NCBI GenBank assembly: GCA_001662655.1
Contig: KV460262.1
Direction: 5' to 3' (one strand)
Source: Pseudogymnoascus verrucosus
Lineage: Eukaryota
Length of the DNA stretch: 20,000 bases
How positions within the stretch are numbered: position 1 is the stretch's first letter; the number at the start of each line of letters is the position of its first letter. Below are positions 11,946 through 20,000 of the stretch, piece by piece. The position numbers were made by a program, and so were the translations under genes. The notes beneath the pieces were generated by a model. The model was not told the DNA's origin. It did no database searches and was given only the letters and a program-made list of their open reading frames with translations.

Positions 11946-12256
11946 GGCATGAAGACTGATGTATCTTGGTAAGTTCAAGGGGTTCTGAGAGACGGAGGGC
12001 CGTTTTGGTGTGTTCATACATAGCGGTGGATTATCTGCTTCTTCGACAAAGGATGTCCGAGAACAAGGTAATTATCTGGAGTACAATAACCCCTATATCA
12101 AAGTACAAAGCACAAAGCACAACATCTGTTCATTCATTGTCTTGTTTTCTAATTCACCATAGACAAAGACGGGGGTGGGTTCACAATAGTCGAATGATTC
12201 GAACGAACAACCCCCTTCTCCTAAGTTTCATCTCATATTCACAAGATTACCAGGTC

Positions 12257-12264
12257 TATATAAG
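12257..12264 (+). promoter_or_regulatory. TATA box of 2EXR copy A
   Basis: TATATAAG about 165 bp upstream of ATG 12424, conserved at the homologous position of copy B (13670-13677). Confidence 0.65.
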
Positions 12265-12423
12265 ACGACATGAACCTCCCTCTCATCTCTTCCGCTAACC
12301 AGAAACAGAGCAACACACTTTCCAGCACAATCAAAAGACAATCTAAAGCAGGAACATCATCAAAAACCCTCTCGGCTTCTCCAACCTCCTTCAAGACACC
12401 CATCCCACCTCCTCTCCGCAACC

Positions 12424-12736
12424 ATGCCTTCCACACAACTAACCTCCTTCACTAGATTCCCAAAGCTCCCCGTCGAGATCCAAGTTATGATCTGGCAGTA
12501 TGCTATCCATTCTGTCCCAAGTGGCATACTACTATGCTACAGACCGGACAGGCTATCGGCCGAGGTTCTTACCTGCGGCGGTCCTGCAAGCATGTTATCT
12601 CTCGCGCCTGCTGGCACAGGAGCGTTGGACGCTAGGCATACCTAATGATGCTACTGTTAACAAGAAGGTGTATATTGATGTTGGGAGGGATGCAATCTTC
12701 TACTTTGGTCCTCCGCAGCATGATGATAGTAGGTAA
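12424..12736 (+). pseudogene. 2EXR-domain (F-box-like) gene, copy A, frameshifted
   Basis: MPSTQLTSFTRFPKLPVEIQVMIWQYAIHSVP matches the 2EXR start (F..FP.LP.EI...IW). The downstream motif AVLQACYLSRLLAQERW...KKVYIDVGRDAIF lies in a different frame (ORF 12500-12736), with no intron of plausible size between them. Confidence 0.8.
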
Positions 12737-13320
12737 GTCGCTTAGAGGCTTGAGATGGTGGTCTTTATATATATACATATTAGCATACTAGAGCGGCTGC
12801 GAAGGCGATATAGCAGGATAATGGAGGTGGTAGCAAAATCAGTGATAGAAAATAATAGGTAGGTCATAACAAGTGGGTCTTTCATCAGCTTAACTCAGCG
12901 GTCTTTAATATATACCATATCCCAGCATTCTATAACAACTGCGGCAGGGTTAGTCTTTTGGATAGTTCGCCCCTATACCATGATCATGTACCCATCCCCT
13001 TTTTTACTTTGAGCCGTGTCTCCATTGACCCTGCTAGTGTGGATGACGGTGTTGTGGTGTAGTTGGTATTAGGATTAGTTGGTGTTAAGATTGGACATCT
13101 CATGTAAATAGCTCGAGAAACTGCTTGCTTTTTCGGGAAAGCAGTATCCTCGTTCTCCTCCACGATCCCCGTCTCCTTGTGGCCGATACCTTCTTGCCCA
13201 TTCCCTATAGGGTTGGGGATTGGGGCGCGAGAGGCTAAAGGGGATGAATGGCTTCGCGTTTATGTAGAGTTATCTGAATGTGCCGCTGCAGTCCTGGGAT
13301 GGGATAGGATGAGAGGGTGA

Positions 13321-13507
13321 GGGAAGGGAGAAGTGCATGAAAGACTTCCAAGGCCGATTAGGTTTTGGGAATTTTAAGGGTTTTTCAAAGAGGGAGGGCC
13401 GTTTTGATAAGGTGGGGGATGGGAAGGGGGAGAGCATGAAAGACTATCAAGGTCGATTCGGACTTGGAAACTTTGAGAGTTCTGAAAGAGGGAGGGTTGC
13501 TTTGATA
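13321..13507 (+). repeat. Two imperfect tandem copies of a ~100-bp unit upstream of 2EXR copy B
   Basis: GGGAAGGG..GCATGAAAGACT..CAAGG.CGATT.GG.TT.GG.A.TTT...AAAGAGGGAGGG..TTTGATA starts at 13321 and again at 13421. A related partial copy lies at ~11948-12007. Confidence 0.85.
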
Positions 13508-13669
13508 GAATCCATATGCAGCCGTGGATCATTTGTTGTTCGACAAAGGATGTCCAAGAACAAAGATGGAGACTAGTTCGCCCACCAAGGACGAATGATT
13601 TGAAATGAACAACCCCGTCTTCCTGGTTTCATCTCATACTCGCGCCACAATAAACAATACGACCGGTTC

Positions 13670-13677
13670 TATATAAG
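13670..13677 (+). promoter_or_regulatory. TATA box of 2EXR copy B
   Basis: TATATAAG about 178 bp upstream of ATG 13848, homologous to 12257-12264. Confidence 0.65.
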
Positions 13678-13847
13678 ACAGTGCGAACCTCCCTCCCATC
13701 TCCTCCCTAAACCAGAAACACACCAACACAGCTCGCCAACAAAATCGCAATCCAATCTAAAAGAAAAAAAAGCATCCTCAAAAACCCTCGCAGCTTCTCA
13801 AAACTCCTCTTTTCGAGATATCCTCATCCCATCTCCTCCCCGCAACC

Positions 13848-14300
13848 ATGCCTTCCACATAGCTAACCTCCTCTCCCAGCTTCCGCGACCTCCCCGTCGA
13901 GATCAAAATCATGATCTGGAGATTCGCCATCCACGCCGTCCCAGGCCGCGACGTAATCATCCACCACAGGCCCCTCCCCTACATCCCCCTACCCATCCCC
14001 GACGTCCTTCCACGAACCGAGATCACCTCCAGCACGCCAATCCCCGCCGTCCTACACGCATGTCACCTCTCGCGGCTGCTGGCGCAGGAGCGGTGGATGT
14101 TAAGCTTGGGAGCACATGCGGCTGCCGAGAAGAAGGTGTATGTCGATGTGGAGACTGATTCGATTCATTTCCCGGTCCAGACGTTGTTGATGATCTGGCA
14201 CCATGATGGGGATTGGGAGGATCTGTTGAGGTTTGCTGGGAGGGAGAATATTCATGTGGTGGGGGGTTGGCATGGCTTGAATCCTGAGCTCACGCATTAG
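13848..14300 (+). pseudogene. 2EXR-domain (F-box-like) gene, copy B, with premature TAG at codon 5 (13860-13862)
   Basis: ATG CCT TCC ACA TAG CTA ACC TCC...CTC CCC GTC GAG ATC AAA ATC ATG ATC TGG is collinear with copy A (ACA CAA CTA). The frame is otherwise open to 14300: IPAVLHACHLSRLLAQERW...KKVYVDVETDSIHFP. Confidence 0.82.
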
Positions 14301-14777
14301 AGTCCTGTGTTGAGTTTTAGATATAATATAACCCCCCATCTGGTAGCTCATTTTAGGCGTGTGGGGAGATAATGAATTAGAATATATCTCTATTTATGCT
14401 ACAGTTTATGAGACTTCTTTGAGGAGGCAAAGTGCGTGATTTCCGGACTACTAACTACATTATTGTAGCTCTTGTAAGTAGACGAATTAAAAACTTAAAG
14501 GGCGCTCGTATGACTATTTTTCCAGTATATACGATCAGTATGGGGGAAAAGTGGGATGAAGAGTGCCAGATTTAGTGATAATAGTTTGGCAGGACAGTAT
14601 ATTCCTTAGTCATGTTGGCGTGCGCCACTTTTGTTGCCCTGCATGTGCTGTGCCCTCTTTACGGAAGGTTTAGCATCCCAACAACAGACCTTCTCCAACT
14701 CTTTCAAAATTATTATGCTTCCTCATACTTCCATGGATTCTTCTGTAATTGTGAGAAATAAACGGTTGCTCATCATA

Positions 14778-15817
14778 TTAGGACACAGAAAGCAGGACAT
14801 GGGCAATTCTAAATGGTGTGGGCGCAGTTGTGGCAGTGGATACGTGGGAACTTTCTGTCAAGACGTCCCTGAAAGTCTTAGACACTAGGGAAAAACTCAA
14901 TAGCGTTTTACGGTCTGAGATTTCTGAAAAAAATTGTGAACTTAATTCGGCAGGTAATTGGGACAAATTAACAGGGCCTGGGGTGTGTGAGGGAAGGCGT
15001 TGCTTCTTTCACGGCAATTTGTCATCCCAAATAGGGGTTTCTATGAACTGTTAGCACGGCCCAGTATGCAAATATTGATATTTTTACCTCGAGAATCATA
15101 GTATGGCCTCTTGAGTTTTGCAGCTACCTCGAGACAAGGCCGATCGTCGCCTGTATTTGATACCGAGATATCTGGCATGTTGTTGTCACACTTAGTCCTT
15201 CCTTCGAGACAGTCCAACGAGTTTTGTCGAGAGTGTAGAATCTCAGCTGCCTGTTCAGGATTTAGAAGTGCAATGTAGATTGTTGTATAATCGCGGTAAA
15301 ACTGATGAAGTTGTTCAGAGAACTTGGGGTGAGACTATGCTGAGTCGATAGCACAACAGTATTCAGGGAACCAGTCAACTGTTTTCACGCTTCTTAGGTT
15401 GCTGTTGGTTGCGAGGTTCCAGTGGCAGGCCAGGGGTTACGTGAACTCCGGGCCTTATGGCAGATTTCCGAACGAGAAGAGGCAGTACAGGTAAAAGCAC
15501 CGAAGCCAGCTAACTATCTCCCGTTTCCATGAAGCCGCCGTCGTGATCGAAGACATAGGATGCGGCCGTTCGAGAGGCCCGAGGCAGATATCACAATTGA
15601 CCAACCATCCTCTGCTTTCGTGAAGTCGCCGTCGTGATGCGGCCTTTGGAAAGGCTCGAGGCAGGTTTGGGAAATCGACCAACCATTCCCCGTTTCTGCT
15701 GTTGTGATCGCAGACATTAGATGTGCCCTTTCGAGAAGTCACAGAATTGGCCAAGAACACAAGTTGCCATATTAATTCTAAAGAGTCGATTAAGCCAAGA
15801 ATCCAAGCTTGGGACAC
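14778..15817 (-). pseudogene. Spliced pseudogene with an F-box-like segment
   Basis: One minus-strand frame runs 15817-15088 with stops at 15457-15455 (TAA), 15439-15437 (TAA) and 15337-15335 (TAG). A 47-nt intron 15087-15041 (GTAAAA...GCTAAC...CATAG) joins it in phase to TPIWDDKLP*KKQRL...LSQLPAELSSQFFSEISDRKTLLSFSLVSKTFRDVL (F-box-like LP.EL...L..VSK.F). A candidate start CAAC-ATG lies at 15178. Both ends are uncertain. Confidence 0.55.
15511..15740 (+). repeat. About 2.7 degenerate tandem copies of a ~80-90-bp unit
   Basis: Recurring blocks (T/C)AAC(T/C)AT...GAAG(C/T)CGCCGTCGTGAT...GATGCGGCC..T.GA.AGGC.CGAGGCAG start near 15511, 15602 and 15680, with internal indels. Confidence 0.7.
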
Positions 15818-16784
15818 AACAACGGTCTATTAAATCGAAAAATAAAAACCGTTAACGCTAAAACCTAAAGCCTTGAAATCAAAACCCGAGGACAAAAGAC
15901 TAAAAGGCCTAAACTGTTAAAAAAATTAACTTGCTCTAATTTTGAGGTAGGGGGCTAACAAAGATGTTACCATTATGAACCTAGGGTGACAGTTGCGAGT
16001 TGCTATTATACTACATCCACAATATACAAGGATGGATGCCTTTAGGCGGGTAGTAAAGCGCGTACATTACCTGTGCACCTACAAGCTACAGTAAGGGAGC
16101 TGAATGCTCTGAACTAATTACTAGTCTTAAATCACGCGTACCTATGTTGACATACAACTTTTTTCTAGGCAACTGAGCGTCAAAATGTCGCTGCTTTTCC
16201 CAGACTTCAGAAAGAAGAAATCAGGAAATGGTAAACCGGCATTAGGGGGCTCTTCGTAGACGTTGGTCGAGCATGCCTGAGGTAGGCAGTGTAAGCAGGG
16301 TTCTGCCCATTCTTGGTCTAGCTCAGGGTTGAGAACTGGAATGGAATAAACTTGCCTTGACAAGGCTCAGTCATAAACAACCAAAAACAGCGGAAAGAGT
16401 CCTTTGACGTTTAGCAACGCGCTTTACCCCACACACGGTAGAATACGGACCACAGATCCACTTTTGGCGCTGCTTTGGCGTAGAGGGTATTCGTTCCGGA
16501 GCTTTAGTTAAGAGCCTATACTGTGCCGATTTGTAACTATATTTAGTCTATCTTTGACACTATATCACCCCTCATTTGGCGACCATATTGAGGATTAGCA
16601 GACGGGTAACCCACCGGTATTGCCAGATCAGGTGAATGGCTGTGCTATGTGGCTTATGCATTAGCCGAGTCCAGTCGCGTGAATTGTAGTTTTTGCAACG
16701 AAAAAAAGAACCTTATCTACGATACCAACCTCAATTCCCGATACTCTATTTACATGTCCCTATACGATCAGGGCAAGAGCCGCT

Positions 16785-18641
16785 ATGGACGCTAATCAGG
16801 CGCGACGGCGCGGCACAGACTTGGTTTCACGACCAGTCTCCGGAACTAGCACAGCCTCCTCACAGCACTACGTTGAAACTTTCACCTACTCAGCGCTTCC
16901 GCAAGACAAAGACTGCACGCGGTTAGTTCGCGTTGAACCTGCGGGAAATAACGATGATCCTATTTCATGCATTCTCATCGATGTTGTTTTTGGCGACAGG
17001 CCGAAATACCAGGCACTATCGTATATGTGGGGCGACGAGACCAGCAAGCTGAAGATCCTCCTCAATGGCACTGAGTTTCGTGTGACGCAGAATCTCTTCG
17101 ATGCTCTCCAGTTCCTGCGTAGGGAGCCTAAACGTGGGCCGGTCTGGATTGACGCGATATCCATAAACCAAGCGAACATCCCTGAGCGAAACCGGCAGCT
17201 CCAGATGATGCCATACATCTACGTTCGCGCGCACACAGTTCTAGTATGGCTTGGGAAGAAGTATGCTAAGTATGAGTCTGCCGACTCAAAGGAATGTGTA
17301 GAGGCTGGTCCTGAGCCTGCCAGGAAAAATACATCCGACGAAGCCATTAGGCCCCCGACGAGCTCGACTGTAGACGCTGACTGCTCGCCAATTCCTGCCG
17401 GCGACGGACGTGCGGGTGGCGAGGCAGCGTTTGCAGAAGAGGTGCGAACTGACAGGTACTGGGACAGGGTTTGGATCATTCAAGAAATTGGAAGGGCTTA
17501 TCGTATTCAGGTCTGCTTTGGCCATCGCCGCATTATGGACTGGGAATCATTTATCAAACTGATTGCATATAAGGCCCCTAAAGAGCGTTTTGGAGGGCCT
17601 TACCATCTCGATGAACTACGCAAGCAGAAATACAAGGGTGGCCATAGTCTACGAAATCTTCTCGAGAATCACCGTGATGCCTTATGCACCGACCAAAGAG
17701 ACAAGGTCTATGGACTGGTTGGACTAGCAGCGGATGCTCGAGGATTCCCTATGGACTACGGAAAACGCGAGATCGACGTCTGGACAGATACGATGCGATT
17801 TATGAACGACCACGGGTTACTCCAAAGTTCAGACCTTGTGGAATTTGGGAGGATGGTTAGAGGCCTCCTCCTAGGTCCTGGAATGGAGCCGGTGCACAGT
17901 GTAGCGCACCCAAGCCCCTGGGATAGCACCAGATTAGTCCTCGACGGGCAAGTGTCACGAAACACAGATGTTTTCACTCTCCGTGCCTATATTTACGGGT
18001 ACATTCAATACCTGGGCCCAACTACCACCGACGTCGTTTCCAGCCTGCAACTAGCGGATGAGTGGGCCATGGCGCTTCAGGCCAACTTCCCCGAAGACCT
18101 TAGCCATGCGCACTGGGAGAGTGACAATCTGATGCGCAAAATATTAGACGCAGATGAAGCCAGCTTAGCAAAATCGTGTCACAACCATATGAGCTGTCTG
18201 TGTTGGCGTCCGCAAACGGATGATTTCAATAATCAGTTCAGACGTATAGCATATAAATTACCACGTATCAGGCAGATGCAGGAGAAGAAATCCTTGCCTA
18301 AATTTACAGCCGCATCGAAGCTAAGGGATGATAATGATCGATACTTGTTCCAGTTGAATTGTTTAAGTAGCGTAAAGACGCCCTACAAGACAGGAATTGC
18401 CTCAAGTCAGGCAGAACCGGGAGATTTGGTATGCTGGATTCCTGGTGTCAAACAGGCTGTACTCGTGCGTGTAGGCTTTGGTAGCGGCGATGAGGTCCAT
18501 CTTCAAGTATGCGGGACTGCAAGGATTACTTGCGATCTTGAGAAAGAGGCGGCTTTGGAGGATAAGAAACGAGCTTGTGAACTCTTAGAGCTTGATATTT
18601 TGGTGGATGCTCACACACTCTTTGTTATCTTAGCAAGTTAA
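16785..18641 (+). CDS. Heterokaryon incompatibility protein, HET domain (PF06985-type), HET-6/OR-allele-like architecture, 618 aa, single exon
   Basis: HET motifs YQALSYMWGD, VTQNLFDALQFLR, VWIDAISINQ...ERNRQLQMMPYIYVRAHTVLVWLG and YWDRVWIIQEI. Then CTDQRDKVYGLVGLA and the HET-6-like C-terminal GIASSQAEPGDLVCWIPG...VLVR. Confidence 0.93.
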   Translation: MDANQARRRGTDLVSRPVSGTSTASSQHYVETFTYSALPQDKDCTRLVRVEPAGNNDDPISCILIDVVFGDRPKYQALSYMWGDETSKLKILLNGTEFRVTQNLFDALQFLRREPKRGPVWIDAISINQANIPERNRQLQMMPYIYVRAHTVLVWLGKKYAKYESADSKECVEAGPEPARKNTSDEAIRPPTSSTVDADCSPIPAGDGRAGGEAAFAEEVRTDRYWDRVWIIQEIGRAYRIQVCFGHRRIMDWESFIKLIAYKAPKERFGGPYHLDELRKQKYKGGHSLRNLLENHRDALCTDQRDKVYGLVGLAADARGFPMDYGKREIDVWTDTMRFMNDHGLLQSSDLVEFGRMVRGLLLGPGMEPVHSVAHPSPWDSTRLVLDGQVSRNTDVFTLRAYIYGYIQYLGPTTTDVVSSLQLADEWAMALQANFPEDLSHAHWESDNLMRKILDADEASLAKSCHNHMSCLCWRPQTDDFNNQFRRIAYKLPRIRQMQEKKSLPKFTAASKLRDDNDRYLFQLNCLSSVKTPYKTGIASSQAEPGDLVCWIPGVKQAVLVRVGFGSGDEVHLQVCGTARITCDLEKEAALEDKKRACELLELDILVDAHTLFVILAS

Positions 18642-19503
18642 GAACGGTAAACCCGTCAGTGACGTTATTTCCCTCGCTAAACTATTCTGATTCCTTTGTA
18701 AAAGTTCTCAAAACATGCCTAGATTAACCATCTCTGTTACTGTTGTAGTCAATAAGGCCATGCGTCGAACGCCTCTAGGGCCCTATGTCTCACCTCTTAC
18801 TTCTCTAACATCTCTCCTATCTCATCCCCCACCATAACCAGACGCTAGGATTGTAGGCAGCTTGCATAAGTGGCTCAAGGCCGCCCTTGTCGCTACAATG
18901 CTTGCGGTACGTGTAACGCAAGGCGCGCCAGGGGCCCACAAGGATCAAGGCTCTCTGATCAGCGGCGGAGAGGCAGAAATGTTAGTTAACAGAACTAGTA
19001 AGGTATAGGTTCTGGCATCTACTCTTGGCAATATTTGGAAGCGATGAGCTACATTTGGATACGATGTCGGTGGGGGGTCAAGATATGCAAATATACCATA
19101 ACTCTCGTCTCAAATATCACATCGCAATATCACAGCACATTCTGAATTACAGCTCGCTTTTAGGATGGTTGAAACTCTACCATCAGGCAATCTCATTTAT
19201 CAACTGTACAGTAGGCTGTAGCAGATGTAACTTATCAACAACGATGGACCAAGTGATGCCTGAGAAAACGTCAGTGAGACATCGGGCACATATCCATGCG
19301 AAGAAGGCGTTTCATGGCGTGGCGATGCCCCTGAGAATAAAAGCGCACGGCGGTGACAGATATCAGTGACAAGAAAACCCCCGCACGGTAACAGCAGGAG
19401 ACCAGTGACAGAGGCCGAAACAATCATCTCCGAGGTGGCGACGGCTCGTGGCCGCTGCGGGGTGACTAGGAGACTCGATACAGAAGGTATATTGCGAAAA
19501 GAT

Positions 19504-19581
19504 TGGGTTTTCAGCTGAAGACGGGGTTTGTTTTTGGGCGTGCTGGGTTTTCAGCTGAAAATGGGGATGTTGTTTTAGGCG
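19504..19581 (+). repeat. Two 40-bp-period direct repeats, each with the palindromic core TTCAGCTGAA
   Basis: TGGGTTTTCAGCTGAAGACGGGGTTTGTTTTTGGGCG versus TGGGTTTTCAGCTGAAAATGGGGATGTTGTTTTAGGCG. Confidence 0.85.
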
Positions 19582-19877
19582 GTGACGGTGTAGACGAGGT
19601 GATGAGAGCTGTAGAAACCCTTTGCCTTGCCTTGCCTTTCTAATATCGCTTTGGCGTCAAGTCAACCAGAGCGTCAGGTCGCGCCAAACACAGTGCGGCT
19701 GGCCGTATCCGCTCAAATAGTATATAAACATACACCTAAGAACGATGGAGCATCGCCACATAATGAAACCAAGAGGCCGCAGTATCACGGTTGGAGCGAA
19801 CACCATCTTGCTTGCAACAGAAAACCGAATAGAAACAGGATAGAAGAGGACAACAGGTTGGGTCACTCGGGCTTATC

Positions 19878-19924
19878 ATGCAGCAGCAACAGCAGCAGCT
19901 CGAAAATCGCGATTTGAAAAAGTG
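19878..19924 (+). other. Possible first exon (MQQQQQQLENRDLKK...) of a gene continuing beyond the window
   Basis: TATATAAA at 19721-19728, ATC-ATG context, a GTAACG donor-like site at 19925, and branch-like TTGAC and ...CCTA at the window end. It could equally be a 16-codon ORF of no significance. Confidence 0.25.
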
Positions 19925-19940
19925 GTAACGTATTTCCCGT

Positions 19941-19971
19941 ACGAGTGGCCCACCCGAACGAGTGGCCCACC
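19941..19971 (+). repeat. Perfect 14-bp direct repeat ACGAGTGGCCCACC x2 (17-bp period)
   Basis: Read directly at 19941-19954 and 19958-19971. Confidence 0.9.
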
Positions 19972-20000
19972 AAAACACCAAAATTGACTATTACTGCCTA

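Noticed and set aside
11684..12021. Poly-Ala and PLPLPL ORFs
   Set aside because: Translation artefacts of the (CAGCGG)5 microsatellite.
12521..12542. GT…AG micro-intron that might repair the 2EXR copy A frameshift
   Set aside because: Only 22 nt with a poor donor (GTGGCA), well below the 47-76-nt introns seen in this window.
15830..16700. A-rich tract and 73-aa ORF (16142-16363) as a transposon relic or RNA gene
   Set aside because: No terminal repeats, transposase or RT motifs, tRNA cloverleaf or 5S match recognisable.
13321..19971. CRISPR-like reading of the short repeats
   Set aside because: Eukaryotic context, only 2-3 degenerate copies each, no repeat-spacer regularity and no cas genes.
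19025..19981. ORFs 19025-19369, 19200-19427, 19627-19917, 19657-19866, 19736-19981
   Set aside because: Short, mutually overlapping, with no recognisable domains.

Overview
Eukaryotic DNA from a filamentous ascomycete. Evidence: short GT-AG introns with CTAAC/CTGAC branch points, plus HET and 2EXR families. A Leotiomycete such as Pseudogymnoascus is a guess only. The window has two halves. Bases 1 to ~11,000 are a compact housekeeping block of five spliced genes: PEX2 (+), a Ure2p/YfcG-type glutathione transferase (-), an EDEM/Mnl1-like GH47 mannosidase with a PA domain (-), a ZIP metal transporter (+) and an ERD2-like receptor (+). Bases ~11,200-20,000 look accessory and decaying. They hold a probable SesB/DUF676-like hydrolase relic between 58-bp direct repeats, a ~1.4-kb-period tandem duplication of a 2EXR gene with its promoter (one copy frameshifted, one with a premature TAG), and a spliced F-box-like pseudogene with several stops compatible with C-to-T change. 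One intact HET-6-type heterokaryon incompatibility gene follows. The best leads are this putative allorecognition/cell-death island with RIP-like decay, a cryptic mitochondrial presequence upstream of the GST, and a 5' C-rich to 3' G-rich polarity within genes. All family calls come from motif recognition by eye; no database searches were run.
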